Positions 45,301-56,816 are shown, counted from the first letter of the stretch. The stretch is DNA of 64,000 nt from Hormiphora californensis (GCA_020137815.1 CM035351.1:4898001-4962000), one strand, 5' to 3'. Notes: generated from the letters alone by a model not told the origin. Program-made: numbers and translations.

Positions 45301-47628
45301 GTCCCACTCTTCCAATCTGTTCCTCGCTCAGTCCCACTCTTCCAATCTGTTCCTCACTCAGTCCCACTCTTCCAATCTGTTCCTCGCTCAGTCCCACTCT
45401 TCCAATTTGTTCCTCACTCAGTCCCACTCTTCCAATCTGTTCCTCGCTCAGTCCCACTCTTCCAATTTGTTCCTCGCTCAGTCCCACTCTTCCAATCTGT
45501 TCCTCGCTCAGTCCCACTCTTCCAATTTGTTCCTCACTCAGTCCTGGCCTTCCAATTTGTTCCTCGCTCAGTCCCGGAAATGTCCACTGACTTTCCTCGT
45601 TTAAGCCAGGATGAGTCCACTGACTTTCCTCAGCAGACCTTTTTACAAAAGACCTGATCCCCTCTGAGAGTTCTGAAACACACAAAATACACACATGATA
45701 TGATTCAAACTCTCACAATAGGTGCTTGGAAAACTTAACCCAGTCTAAAACCCAGGACGCCCATTATGATACTTTCAAAACTCACTCTAATGCCATGTTC
45801 ATGAATAGCAGGTGCTCTGTTATTTCAATCTCACTCTTATCAACCAGGGGCTGTTTGAAACGCTAGATGCTCTCTGCACTTATGCTCAATTTGATGCTCT
45901 CAAGCTCACTCAGGCCAGTTCACTCGTGATGCACCATGCACTCTGTATAGGGCTGTTCAATCTCTCTCACCGCAACTACAGGCACACTCGGCCAACATGC
46001 TATCTTTGTAGGTCTCATCAGTACAATAACCCTGTTCCTTCCACCAGGCACAATCTTCCTCACTACCCTTGTTCTCACACTCTCTCTTCAACACTACCAA
46101 CTGTTGTTCCTCAACCTCGTTGGTCACTGGATACATGTGTGTTATAGAGAGGGCGAGGGGAACATGTCGTGTGGGCTATTTGTTAGCGAAGGTTGCTTTT
46201 CTCGGCCCTCTTCCCGGGTTAGAACATGACAAAGCGAACAAGGGTCTAGAATATAGACACTCTTTTTAACTCTGTAGCTAAGATTAATTTATGTCTTGTT
46301 CATAACTGGTATCTCCCTTATTTCCCCCTCTACTTACCACTAGGGCATCCACAAGATGCAGGGCACTCTGCATTCATAGCATCCTTGTAGTCCTCACTAT
46401 CACAATATCTGTAGGGGGGAAGAAGGGGGGGGGGTTAGGCCGGTGTATTATAGTATACTGCATACTGTATGTAGTCGAGGTAAAGTTGGAGGGGGTGCAG
46501 TAGTTGAGACTAGGATAGTAAAGGAGCTTGGAGTTGGAGATCGGGGGATTGGAGAATTGGGGGATGGAGCTATTAGTATGAACTTACCCTTGTTCCTTCC
46601 ACCAAGCACAGTCCTCTGCTGAACCTTTGTCTACGCAATCAGCACCTGGAGAGAGATGGTGGTGTTATGGTTTTGTAGAAGTTAGTTACCAGCTTAATAA
46701 ATAGTAGCACTTTTGGGACAAGGTGTGGGGCTGAACTAGCATGAGATGAATGAATGATTAGAATTAACTGAAAGTTTGCAAAGTAAACTTTTTAACATGC
46801 TGCGATAGCTTGTATCATGCTCTTATATCGCCCTCAAATGTATGCAAAGTTTGAAAAGGATTGAACGGAGCTGAGTTTTGAAAAGGATTGAACGGAGCTG
46901 AGTTTTGAAAAGGATTGAACGGAGCTGAGTTTTGAAAAGGATTGAACGGAGCTGAGTTTTGAAAAGGATTGAACAGAGCTGAGTTTTGAACAAGATTGAA
47001 CGGAGCTGAGTTTTGAAAAGGATTGAACAGAGCTGAGTTTTGAAAAGGATTGAACAGAGCTGAGTTTTGAACAAGATTGAACGGAGCTGAGTTTTGAACA
47101 GGTTTGAACAGAGCTGAGTTTTGAAAAGGTTTGAACTAAGCTGAGTTTTGAAAAGGATTGAACGGAGCGGATTTCTTACTCCGTTTCCCCGTATTACCCC
47201 GATCTGTCATTTCTTTGATTAACAGATTTCGGGGAAGGAAGGAGTGAGCGCACTCTATTGTCAGCACGGTTACCATGACATATGAGAGGAGGTACATGCC
47301 CTAATATGGGTATAAATCAAGCAAGTAGCAACTTCGTATAGGAAGTTAGTCGCTAGTTTAAAACAAAATGAAGAAACCACACATGCTTGTAGGTGATAGG
47401 GATGCTTTTTAAAGGGGTGCCTCTAGTTTAGGGTACCAACACAGTACATCATGTCACACTCAAGTCACTGGAATTATATAAACACTAGTAACTTCACATC
47501 ACTCATGCAGTGAGAACATCACTCATGCAGTATTCCATCACACACATATGATTGCACTTACGCTTAGGGAGGTTCATAGCTGAACAAAGGCCAACCAGGG
47601 CAATGAAACACAGGATAAACTTTGCCAT
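42335..47628 (-). CDS. Secreted ShK-domain polyprotein, isoform B: exons 47628-47562, 46645-46588, 46408-46338, 46126-45971, 43325-43272, 42480-42335
   Basis: MAKFILCFIALVGLCSAMNLPKR-ADCVDKGSAEDCAWWKEQGYCDSEDYKDAMNAECPASCGC...LKR-ECENKGSEEDCAWWKEQGYCTDETYKDSMLAECACSC...VKR-CEDTATYCSVLKKQGACEEGKFGAFGTKVKTTLCPSTCGTC*; all junctions GT-AG and phase-compatible. Confidence 0.8.
43452..43522. mobile_element. 71-bp MITE, same family as 36910
   Basis: Same termini; 8-bp TSD GAGGGGTC on both sides. Confidence 0.8.
44105..45672 (-). CDS. Terminal exon encoding a repetitive neuropeptide-like precursor region (isoform A of the ShK gene)
   Basis: TGTTTCAG acceptor in phase with exon 4; ELSEGIRSFVKR then 49 units of acidic spacer + Q-xxxx-G (36 QIGRVG, 6 QIGRPG, 3 QLGRVG, 2 QWTHPG, QWTFPG, QIWIPG); stop at 44105. 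Confidence 0.75.
46850..47170. repeat. 27-bp minisatellite (~12 copies) in an intron of the ShK gene
   Basis: TTTGAAAAGGATTGAACGGAGCTGAGT units. Confidence 0.9.
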
Positions 47629-47692
47629 TATTATTTAGAGAGTTATATCTAGCTATAATCGTAGTGAGGTGTGAGAAAGGTGGGGGACTTAC

Positions 47693-47795
47693 TGATTGAT
47701 CGGGGTGCTCTATTTCTCCAGTTCGATCGGAACGGGGGTAAGGAGGATGCGATGAAGATTAAACAAGAAATCATAATGAGTAGTTGTCGAAACAT
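47693..47795 (-). CDS. Signal-peptide exon (candidate alternative first exon A)
   Basis: MFRQLLIMISCLIFIASSLPPFRSNWRNRAPRSI followed by A|GTAAGT donor, phase 1. Confidence 0.55.
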
Positions 47796-48072
47796 GTTTG
47801 TGATGATCGTAAATCTGAACTAAGCTAAAGGGCTACTGGGGAATTATTACAAGCTCTAGAAAACGTGGTTCGATCATCTACGGCAGAATAGGACCTGCCA
47901 TCTTCTAAAATTTGTACCCACTCTTTTTCTCTGTCTATACCCTCCCTCGACCCTCGTTTCATCGATACCGGGTCCGCCAAATGTGCGTGTATAATACAGA
48001 TCTAAGATGTTCTAGGTTTCATGACGTTGAAATGTGTGTCATATTGTGACTGTGAGAGGCGGGGGGACTTAC

Positions 48073-48178
48073 TACTTCGAGGTACTCTATTTCTCCAGTT
48101 AGATCGGAAGGCTGGTAATGACGTTGCGAGGAGGATTAAACAAGAGAGGATTAGGAGGTTGGATAGATGTCGGAACAT
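48073..48178 (-). CDS. Signal-peptide exon (candidate alternative first exon B), paralog of A
   Basis: MFRHLSNLLILSCLILLATSLPAFRSNWRNRVPRS followed by A|GTAAGT donor, phase 1. Confidence 0.55.
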
Positions 48179-48249
48179 ACTGGTGTGATCTGAACTAAGC
48201 AAGGAAGATACTTGGGAACTGTAATGCGAGTGGTGGGCAATGGAGTAAC

Positions 48250-48305
48250 GGGTTTTATACCCAGGCATCTAGACTTGCAGTGTCACGTGGTATGGGCACG
48301 TGACC
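48250..48305 (-). promoter_or_regulatory. Candidate core promoter: TATAAAA plus two CACGTG E-boxes
   Basis: GTATAAAA on the minus strand ~75 nt upstream of ATG 48178; CACGTG at ~48284 and ~48297; a similar pair occurs at 49303-49350. Confidence 0.4.
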
Positions 48306-51300
48306 AACCTCTGTTGAAGTAGGGAAATTGCACTGGGCCTTCCGTAGGATTGCACTTATGTGAATAGACGTTCTTGCTGGGTTCTTTCAACCCTCCCTCC
48401 TTACTTCCCCCTTCTCTTTCTTTTCTCTTTCTCTTCTCCCCCAACAACCCTCTCTCTTTCTCTCTCTCACTCTTTCTCTTTTTCTATCGCTTTCTTTCTC
48501 CCCTGCATGTGTTGAAGTAGCAACTAGACATTAGGAGACAAAAGAAATGGCGAAGAACTTCCCCAATTTCTACATATGAATTCTAAGAATGTTATTTTTC
48601 CTGCTTTCCCTCCCTTTTATCTCCCCTGCTCACCCTTTCTCCCACTCTCCCTTTCTCTTCCCACTCTCCCTCTTCCCTCAGACGTCTTTGTTTTCCCTCT
48701 ATCCCCCACAAGTGGTCCCTCTCTCGGTTTCTAGTTAATTTCCGAACTAGGTTGCACCCACTGGTATCAATATTTAATATCAAGAAAGAAGCTTGATAGG
48801 CAGAAAGAAGGACGGATAGTGATAGGTTGTATATGGACCAAAGATCGTCATAATAAGTAGCTCTACCTTGTGGCCAATTGCAACACTTTGATGGTCCAAC
48901 AGTGTTGCAATTGGTCACAAGGTGATACTAGGGTCTCAGTATCAGTATCTAGTTGGTCTGGGGAAGTATTATTAATATTAGGGACGCTAGAGGATAGGTC
49001 TGAATTATATTTCTAAAGTGCCAATCCGAGGGAAGCCAATTGAGAGGTCTGAGTAAAGGAATAATCGAAACTTTCATAGCCAAAAAAATTTAGATAAGTA
49101 ACGGGGTGCTATAAGTAAAGGTAGTGTCTGGCGACGCTCACCCGATCTGAGTGCACTGTCGCCAGACAACTAACGCAAGGAGGTCTATTATTTTCGAATT
49201 ATGGTACTTTAAAAGATTGGTCCATATAACTAGCACACTGCTAATCGATCTCGTGAGCTTCCCGACACAAGAAGAGACGGCCTCCAAGAAGAAGAGCCTC
49301 CCTTTTATACCCCGCGAAAATGCCCCCAACAAGAGAGAGGGCCACGTGACATACTGCACCCATGTGACACTCTTCTCGTTATATTTTCTCGGTGAATCAT
49401 TGTTTCTTGCAGAAGACAATTGAACGCAACGAGGGTGATCGAACCGCGTTACAGAATTATATAAATTTACCGATAGTCAGTACTATTAATACTATAATAG
49501 TACATCAATATCATGTGAGTTGAATTTATAGAACTTGAAGAAGTAGATAAATTCGATAAAAGCCAACCGATATACGGATACTTGTTGAGCAAGGGCCAAG
49601 GGGTGAGATCAGGTGGCCGCTAGTATATTAGTTCTTGAGTAAAAACTGCAAGGGGTAATACTCAACAAAGTATTAGGCAATGACTCATGGCAAATTATAA
49701 GCTGATAGTGATACGGGGAAATCATGGAACTGGCTGTGAGTTCCCGTATCAGTTTGCAAGCAATTCATGTACTCGAACGTCGACTTCGGAAACGGCAAAA
49801 GTTGGCAAATTCGGTAACGACCGGTGCCTAATGCTACAGTGGTTATAAGGAAGTGAAGTAAATAGTAAATACACTGTTAGTAACAGTGTTACAACAGGTT
49901 TTATGAGATGTCTCACAATTTCCTTGTATCCCATTATCATGACGTGCTCTTCACGCCTTTCAGTCGCCTCGAGTTACGTAACGACGTAAAGACACACACC
50001 TCCCACAATGACACACACAATCAAGGGCGGGATTTGGAGAATTGATCATAGCTCCCAGCTCTGACACACACAAGAATGATTGTGCTATGACACAGGACTG
50101 TCATTGACAGGATTGAATTTATAGGTTGACACACACACGCCGACACGGTGCCACGTGCCGCGCAATATCCGGGATCACGTGTCCGGGTGCTAGGGGCAAC
50201 AATGCAATATCACGTGACCACCAGCCCCTGCTTTGTTATTTCAACCCCCGTCATTGCAATTCCTCTGCAGCGCACAATGTTTGAGGAAGAAGAGAGCGAG
50301 TCAGTTCTTTATGATTGGCCAATATATATTGGCAAGAATGATAATATAAAATATACAGCAATTTTATTGGGAAAATAACTCTCTCTCGAGAGGATGTGAT
50401 GTGATAGACAAAAGTAGAATCATGGTTCCTGTTGTACTACTAAATTCTCTCCATCCTAGTGGCCTGAGAGCTGTAGGAGTGACGTTCAATGTCATCCTAA
50501 ACTACTGCTACTTTATCTGGAGGTCCTTTAGCCCAGGTGTTACCTCCACCTCTATGTACCCTAGGTTATCCTGGCTGGATCGGTGGACAATGCGTTGTGT
50601 TATTGAATACCTGCGTTAGGAGTGAGGTGTGATATTAACTAGTTTCAAATCAAAAGACAAGATATAACAAGGCTTCGAACTAATCATTATAGTACAAGTG
50701 TGTACTTCCTCTAACATATAAACCAAGTGTCTATACTCAAACTATGCAGGGACATCATAGTCCAATCGGATCAGGTTCTCCCAACCCACAGTAGGGTCCT
50801 CAGTGACTGATTCACAACCAAAGTCTGGTCAACGGGAACAACACTCAATCATAGTCCAAGGGTGGCCAAGTCAAGGCATCCAATCACGTGACTCCAAGTC
50901 CTTCTCCAGGTAATCCGTATTTAATGACTCCGTTCCTGGCTCGTGTCTCCCTTGATAAGATATTGTCACCAGGTCGAAAGTAGAACTGAAACTGCTGTAG
51001 CTCCTCTTCAGGAATAGAAGTATCATTGCATTTAGAGGCAGGAATGTCGATGAACTAGAAGCTCCGCCTTGATCCAAGTCGAATTATCTCCGACAGGTTC
51101 TCTACTCGAGATGAGTAACACCTTATTTACCTCTGTATGAACCAGGGTAATTTGCCCAATTACAAAATGGGACTTTACTTCAACCCCGTGCGGTTGTCAA
51201 TCATCACATTAAACCAAGTGATAATTCAAGCCATGAGAGTATATCATGGTGCATAATGCAGTATATTCCAGATAACATGTGTATATCAAGAATTAATCAA

Positions 51301-52623
51301 GGGACACATATCAGTGTTCCCGCATCCACCTCTCTCTCCAAGGTAGTTTCCAAAGAGGAATAGGTCCTGCCCGAGTATCCATATTCTCGGCCAAATCATT
51401 ACAAAACCCGTTGGGTAATTCCACACATGTGAGATATATGACAGGGGGCACCTAGTAGTGACCCCTCATCCACCTCTCTCTCCAAGAAAGTTTCTAAAGA
51501 GAATTAGTGCCTGCTCGAGAGTCCTTTTTTCTCGGCCCAATCATTACCAATCCATCATGGTAATTCCACATAGAAGAGATACTATCCCATGTCATGTCAC
51601 TGACAAGTGTCAATATCCTTCCAGTATCTCACTCACTGATGTCAAAGTTAAAGTGCGGCTGCAGTAGTGTTCTGCAAGGGCTACAAGATTCATTCATATT
51701 AATAATTTTGTTAGTCTCCTCTTGTCGAGCCAAGAGAGTGATTCGACCGGATTCGAGACACTTAAATTGTTTGTCGGTGGCAAACTCAAAGTACTATTGC
51801 GTACTACGAACCTAGTGTACAAGCGGTAAGAATTACCGTCTTCATCCCCCGGCGATCGCCGAGATCCCAGCTGTTTCAGTCGATTCACCGTATAGAATCT
51901 AACTATTAGTGCTATAATTACGGTCTTAAACCGTACACAAAACAATACCATACGGTCATGTATTGACCGCTATATTCCACTCTAATTTGAATGTGGTTCC
52001 AGGTACACAATGGCTGGGCCCATTGGCTGTAAACTGCCCGTATTTGAGCACAATTACTCATCACATTGTATTGGTCCCATTGCATTGGTCTTCCTTGGCA
52101 TGGGTTCCACCCACGGGGCCACTCACACTGTCGACGATATCGCAATTAAGAGTCACGATAGTTCGTTAGGGTTCTAAGCCCGACACTCCCAGAAAAAGTA
52201 GATTGCACACAGGGGTCCATCCCCCATTATCCATTATTATAGATCGCTCTTATTTGAGCATAATTAACCTGCCAGTGGGTCTGACAAATTCAAGCAAGAA
52301 CTTGTGTAGAGTCATTTCTACACAGATTGAATTTTTCACCTCATCAGCTAAGCTTGCCATTCCATAATAATTAATAAGTCAGCAAGATATGTCTTGCTTC
52401 CATTAAACACATCACCCTTGATAATGCTGCTTTGCATAGACATTCACACGTATAAACCTATATCACCGGTATAACATTTACCTGGGATATATGACCCGTA
52501 CATTGATTTACTAGTGGACTGTAACCACTACCAGTACATTGATTTACTAGTGGACTGTAACCACTACCAGTACATTGATTTACTAGTGGACTGTAACCAC
52601 TACCAGTACATTGATTTACTAGT

Positions 52624-53755
52624 GGGGGGGGGGTGACACGTAACACTTTGTAACACTTTGTAACATGTAACGTGCACAAAAAGTTTTCTGCACATGTTAC
52701 AAAGTGTTACATAGTGTTACAAAGTGTTACAAAGTGTTACATAGTGTTACAAAGTGTTACATAGTGTTACATAGTGTTACAAAGTGTTACATAGTGTTAC
52801 AAAGTGTTACATAGTGTTACAAAGTGTTACATAGTGTTACAAAGTGTTACATAGTGTTACAAAGTGTTACATAGTGTCACAAAGTGTTACAAATTGTTAC
52901 AAAGTGTTACAAAGTGTTACAAATTGTTACAAAGTGTTACAAATTGTTACAAAGTGTTACAAATTGTTACAAAACACAAGGATTTGTAGCGAAGCAAATT
53001 TTCAACGGTTGGTGAATAAGTCATTTGAACGACTTTGATGTCTTTCTAGAACACATCTAAAAGTTTTAAATCATTTCTAGGGTTAAAACATACACTTTTT
53101 TACTAATTTGCGGATGTTTTGAGCCTCCGATGTCATCGACTGTGGAAATCAGGGCTGAAATAGTCCATTTGGTAAAGAAAAATATGAACTTTAGACAACG
53201 GTAAAGTTTTTAGAGTGATATTAGAAGTATTGTGCCTCTCAGAGGCCCCCAATGTGCTGAGTCACCTGTGAGTTGTGACCCAATCGACTTTTTTCATTGG
53301 TAATCGATTCTTTGTACTTAATAAGATGATATACAACGTTTCTGTAGGAAAAAGAAATAAAATTTTTCCAAAATCAATTTTTTGGTCAAAGATTGAAAAT
53401 TTGCTTCGCTACAAATCCTTGTGTTTTTGTAACAATTTGTAACACTTTGTAACACTTTGTGACACTATGTAACACTTTGTGACACTTTGTAACACTTTAT
53501 AACTCTTTGTAACACTATGTAACACTTTGTAACACTTTGTAACACTATGTAACACTTTGTAACACTATGTAACACTTTGTAACACTATGTAACACTATGT
53601 AACACTTTGTAACACTATGTAACACTTTGTAACACTATGTAACACTTTGTAACACTATGTAACACTTTGTAACACTTTGTAACATGTAACGTGCACAAAA
53701 AGTTTTCTGCACATGTTACAAAGTGTTACAAAGTGTTACGTGTCACCCCCCCCCC
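52624..53755. mobile_element. Foldback-like DNA element nested in the LTR element
   Basis: G10-TGACACGTAACACTTTG...CAAAGTGTTACGTGTCA-C10 termini; ~370-bp arms of 10-bp GTAACACTTT/GTAACACTAT repeats plus unique inverted sequence; TACTAGT(GG) duplicated at the flanks. Confidence 0.8.
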
Positions 53756-54140
53756 TACTAGTGGACTGTAACCACTACCAGTACATTGATTTACTAGTGG
53801 ACTGTAACCACTACCAGTACATTGATTTACAAGGGGACTGTAACCACTACCAGTACATTGATTTACAAGTGGACTGTAACCACTATCAGTACATTGATTT
53901 ACTAGTGGACTGTAACCACTACCAGTACATTGATTTACTAGTGGACTGTAACCACTATCAGTACTCTTACCATGACCAGTACATTTACCTGTGTACTCTC
54001 GTCTCTCACCAGTACATTTACCTGTGTACTTTCGTCTCTCACCAGTACATTTACCTGTGTACTCTCGTCTCTCACCAGTACATTTACCTGTGTACTCTCG
54101 TCTCTCACCAGTACATTTACCTGTGTACTCTTACCAGTAC
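53756..54140. repeat. 33-bp and 33-bp-variant tandem repeats inside the LTR element (continuing those at 52497-52623)
   Basis: CCAGTACATTGATTTACTAGTGGACTGTAACCACTA-type and CCAGTACATTTACCTGTGTACTCTCGTCTCTCA units. Confidence 0.85.
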
Positions 54141-56471
54141 AAGTACATTTGCATATATACATTTATCTGTATATCATTCAAAACTCACCAATATAGGACT
54201 TACCCGTGCCTAAACCTGTAACACAATCTGCATACTCACCAGTATAGACGTACCACCTATACCTTCTTTTACATTCACCAATAACAACATTTATCATACC
54301 AGTACATTCTTTCTTATATTAGAGGGGGGAGTCTTCTAGGAATAACAAAGGAAAATGCAGCCATACACTGCTCTGATACCCAAGAAAGAGCGCTAAAAGG
54401 AAGAGCAGATCCCGCGACTCCCTCCTGGGTACCTGCATGACACACTTGTCCCTGGAATTCCCAGGTGCCCTGTTCGCTCATGAAGACAATTACTTACACT
54501 TACTTTATCAATTATTCACTGCACTTAATAAAATACCTGTATTTACTCTCGTCTCGAACAGGGCCATGGCCATAATATCGTAATATTCTCACTCATTTCA
54601 ATAATTCGGTGGGAAAACACCTCCACCTTGGTGGGAAAACACCTCCACCCAGGCAATGTCTCTCGACATCTACCTACCTCCCCCAACAGTGCAGACTTTT
54701 CTTACCTTATTCGAAGTACTAGTATCTCATCACTCATGTCCGGTGGTTGTACTCACTCACAGACCGCATTATGTATCATCAGATTTTCTTTATCGTTTCC
54801 ATTCCCAGCTATTCATCAGCTGCTCCTATTCCAACAATCAGCTCCTCCAGCTATCACACTATCTCCCGTCTGTAGGCAGAGCCTGACCAGTGACCTTTTT
54901 CTAACCTTTTATTCGTAGTATCCAATCGGTGGTCTCAACTCCTGAATTCCAACAGCAATCATCCGCTTCACTATTACCGACAGTACTCGACTTTGCAGCT
55001 CCCAAAACAGTCCAACACTTTTGGTTTGCCACTCATTCTTCTTCTTTTTCTCACGGCCATTTCCATTAGCATTCTCCCGCTGTGTCGGGATTCCTGTTCT
55101 CTGTCAAAAATAGACAGAAACAAATCTAGAGGGATTTCACCAGGGTTAGTGCAAGACAACACAATAAGCACTACCTAAATAACGAATTCCTCCTGTCACT
55201 ATTGTGTAAACAAAACCTTACTACCTGTTTACAAACACTTTTACCAAACCTCTGGTTCGAGATCCTGGTGTTACAGCACCATTTGTAGGAGTGACGTTCA
55301 ATGTCATCCTAAACTACTGCTACTTTATCTGGAGGTCCTTTAGCCCAGGTGTTACCTCCACCTCTATGTACCCTAGGTTATCCTGGCTGGATCGGTGGAC
55401 AATGCGTTGTGTTATTGAATACCTGCGTTAGGAGTGAGGTGTGATATTAACTAGTTTCAAATCAAAACTATCAAAAGACAAGATATAACAAGGCTTCGAA
55501 CTAATCATTATAGTACAAGTGTGTACTTCCTCTAACATATAAACCAAGTGTCTATACTCAAACTATGCAGGGACATCATAGTCCAATCGGATCAGGTTCT
55601 CCCAACCCACAGTAGGGTCCTCAGTGACTGATTCACAACCAAAGTCTGGTCAACGGGAACAACACTCAATCATAGTCCAAGGGTGGCCAAGTCAAGGCAT
55701 CCAATCACGTGACTCCAAGTCCTTCTCCAGGTAATCCGTATTTAATGACTCCGTTCCTGGCTCGTGTCTCCCTTGATAAGATATTGTCACCAGGTCGAAA
55801 GTAGAACTGAAACTGCTGTAGCTCCTCTTCAGGAATAGAAGTATCATTGCATTTAGAGGCAGGAATGTCGATGAACTAGAAGCTCCGCCTTGATCCAAGT
55901 CGAATTATCTCCGACAGGTTCTCTACTCGAGATGAGTAACACCTTATTTACCTCTGTATGAACCAGGGTAATTTGCCCAATTACAAAATGGGACTTTACT
56001 TCAACCCCGTGCGGTTGTCAATCATCACATTAAACCAAGTGATAATTCAAGCCATGAGAGTATATCATGGTGCATAATGCAGTATATTCCAGATAACATG
56101 TGTATATCAAGAATTAATCAAGGGACACATATCAGTGTTCCCGCATCCACCTCTCTCTCCAAGGTAGTTTCCAAAGAGGAATAGGTCCTGCCCGAGTATC
56201 CATATTCTCGGCCAAATCATTACAAAACCCGTTGGGTAATTCCACACATGTGAGATATATGACAGGGGGCACCTAGTAGTGACCCCTCAGAGCTGTGTTT
56301 CCGTTAGGGCACACACGTGACAAGCCAATAACAAACGTGACACGAACTACTAAGATAGGAGGCCTATCTCGTCATTCAGAAATTCGGCACGAGATTATTG
56401 AGGCAAAAAACGATTACTTTTCTGTAATTCCCGTCATCAATTTTTCACTTTCTTTCGTCATTAAAATGATA

Positions 56472-56546
<75 letters not shown>

Positions 56547-56707
56547 TCTCTCTCTCTCTCTCGTCTCTCTCTCTCTCTCTCTCTCTCTGATCTGTTCATC
56601 ATGTGTTCAGTACCTCAGCTCACACACCATTACATAATCTGTGACAAATAGGAACATGTGTGTTGCCAGTTGCACGTGTATCTTGTAACAGCATGTATCG
56701 TGTTCAC

Positions 56708-56816
56708 TAGGAACCGACCGAATCAGGAAATACTGGTCCCTGATTGGCTGATAACCAGTCACGTGACCTAAATAACGAGTTCTGATTGGGTGTTTACTTG
56801 TTTCGGTCGGTTCCTG
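56708..56816. mobile_element. 109-bp hAT-like MITE
   Basis: TIRs TAGGAACCGACCGAA / TTCGGTCGGTTCCTG; 8-bp TSD GTGTTCAC. Confidence 0.8.

Larger units (their letters stand above)
50472..56289 (-). mobile_element. Non-autonomous LTR retroelement (Gypsy-like ends); LTRs 50472-51468 and 55284-56289
   Basis: ~1-kb direct repeats with TG...CA ends, apparently identical except a 9-bp indel; 4-bp TSD GAGC; PBS TGGTGCTGTAAC at 55281 (minus); PPT GGAGAGAGAGGTGGA at 51469-51483; no intact gag/pol ORF. Confidence 0.9.

Noticed and set aside
44161-45575. CRISPR-like array, or the three long plus-strand ORFs over the 30-bp repeat
   Set aside because: There are no unique spacers and no cas genes, and the context is eukaryotic. 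The plus-strand ORFs are by-products of a stop-free repeat; only the minus frame has a splice entry and synonymous-biased variation.
46823-47074. FKTQLRSIL repeat ORF as a second peptide precursor
   Set aside because: Intronic minisatellite without an ATG, signal peptide, evident splice sites or processing motifs
51700-52450. Integrase or pol remnant inside the LTR element
   Set aside because: Only faint resemblance with multiple stops; cannot be supported by eye
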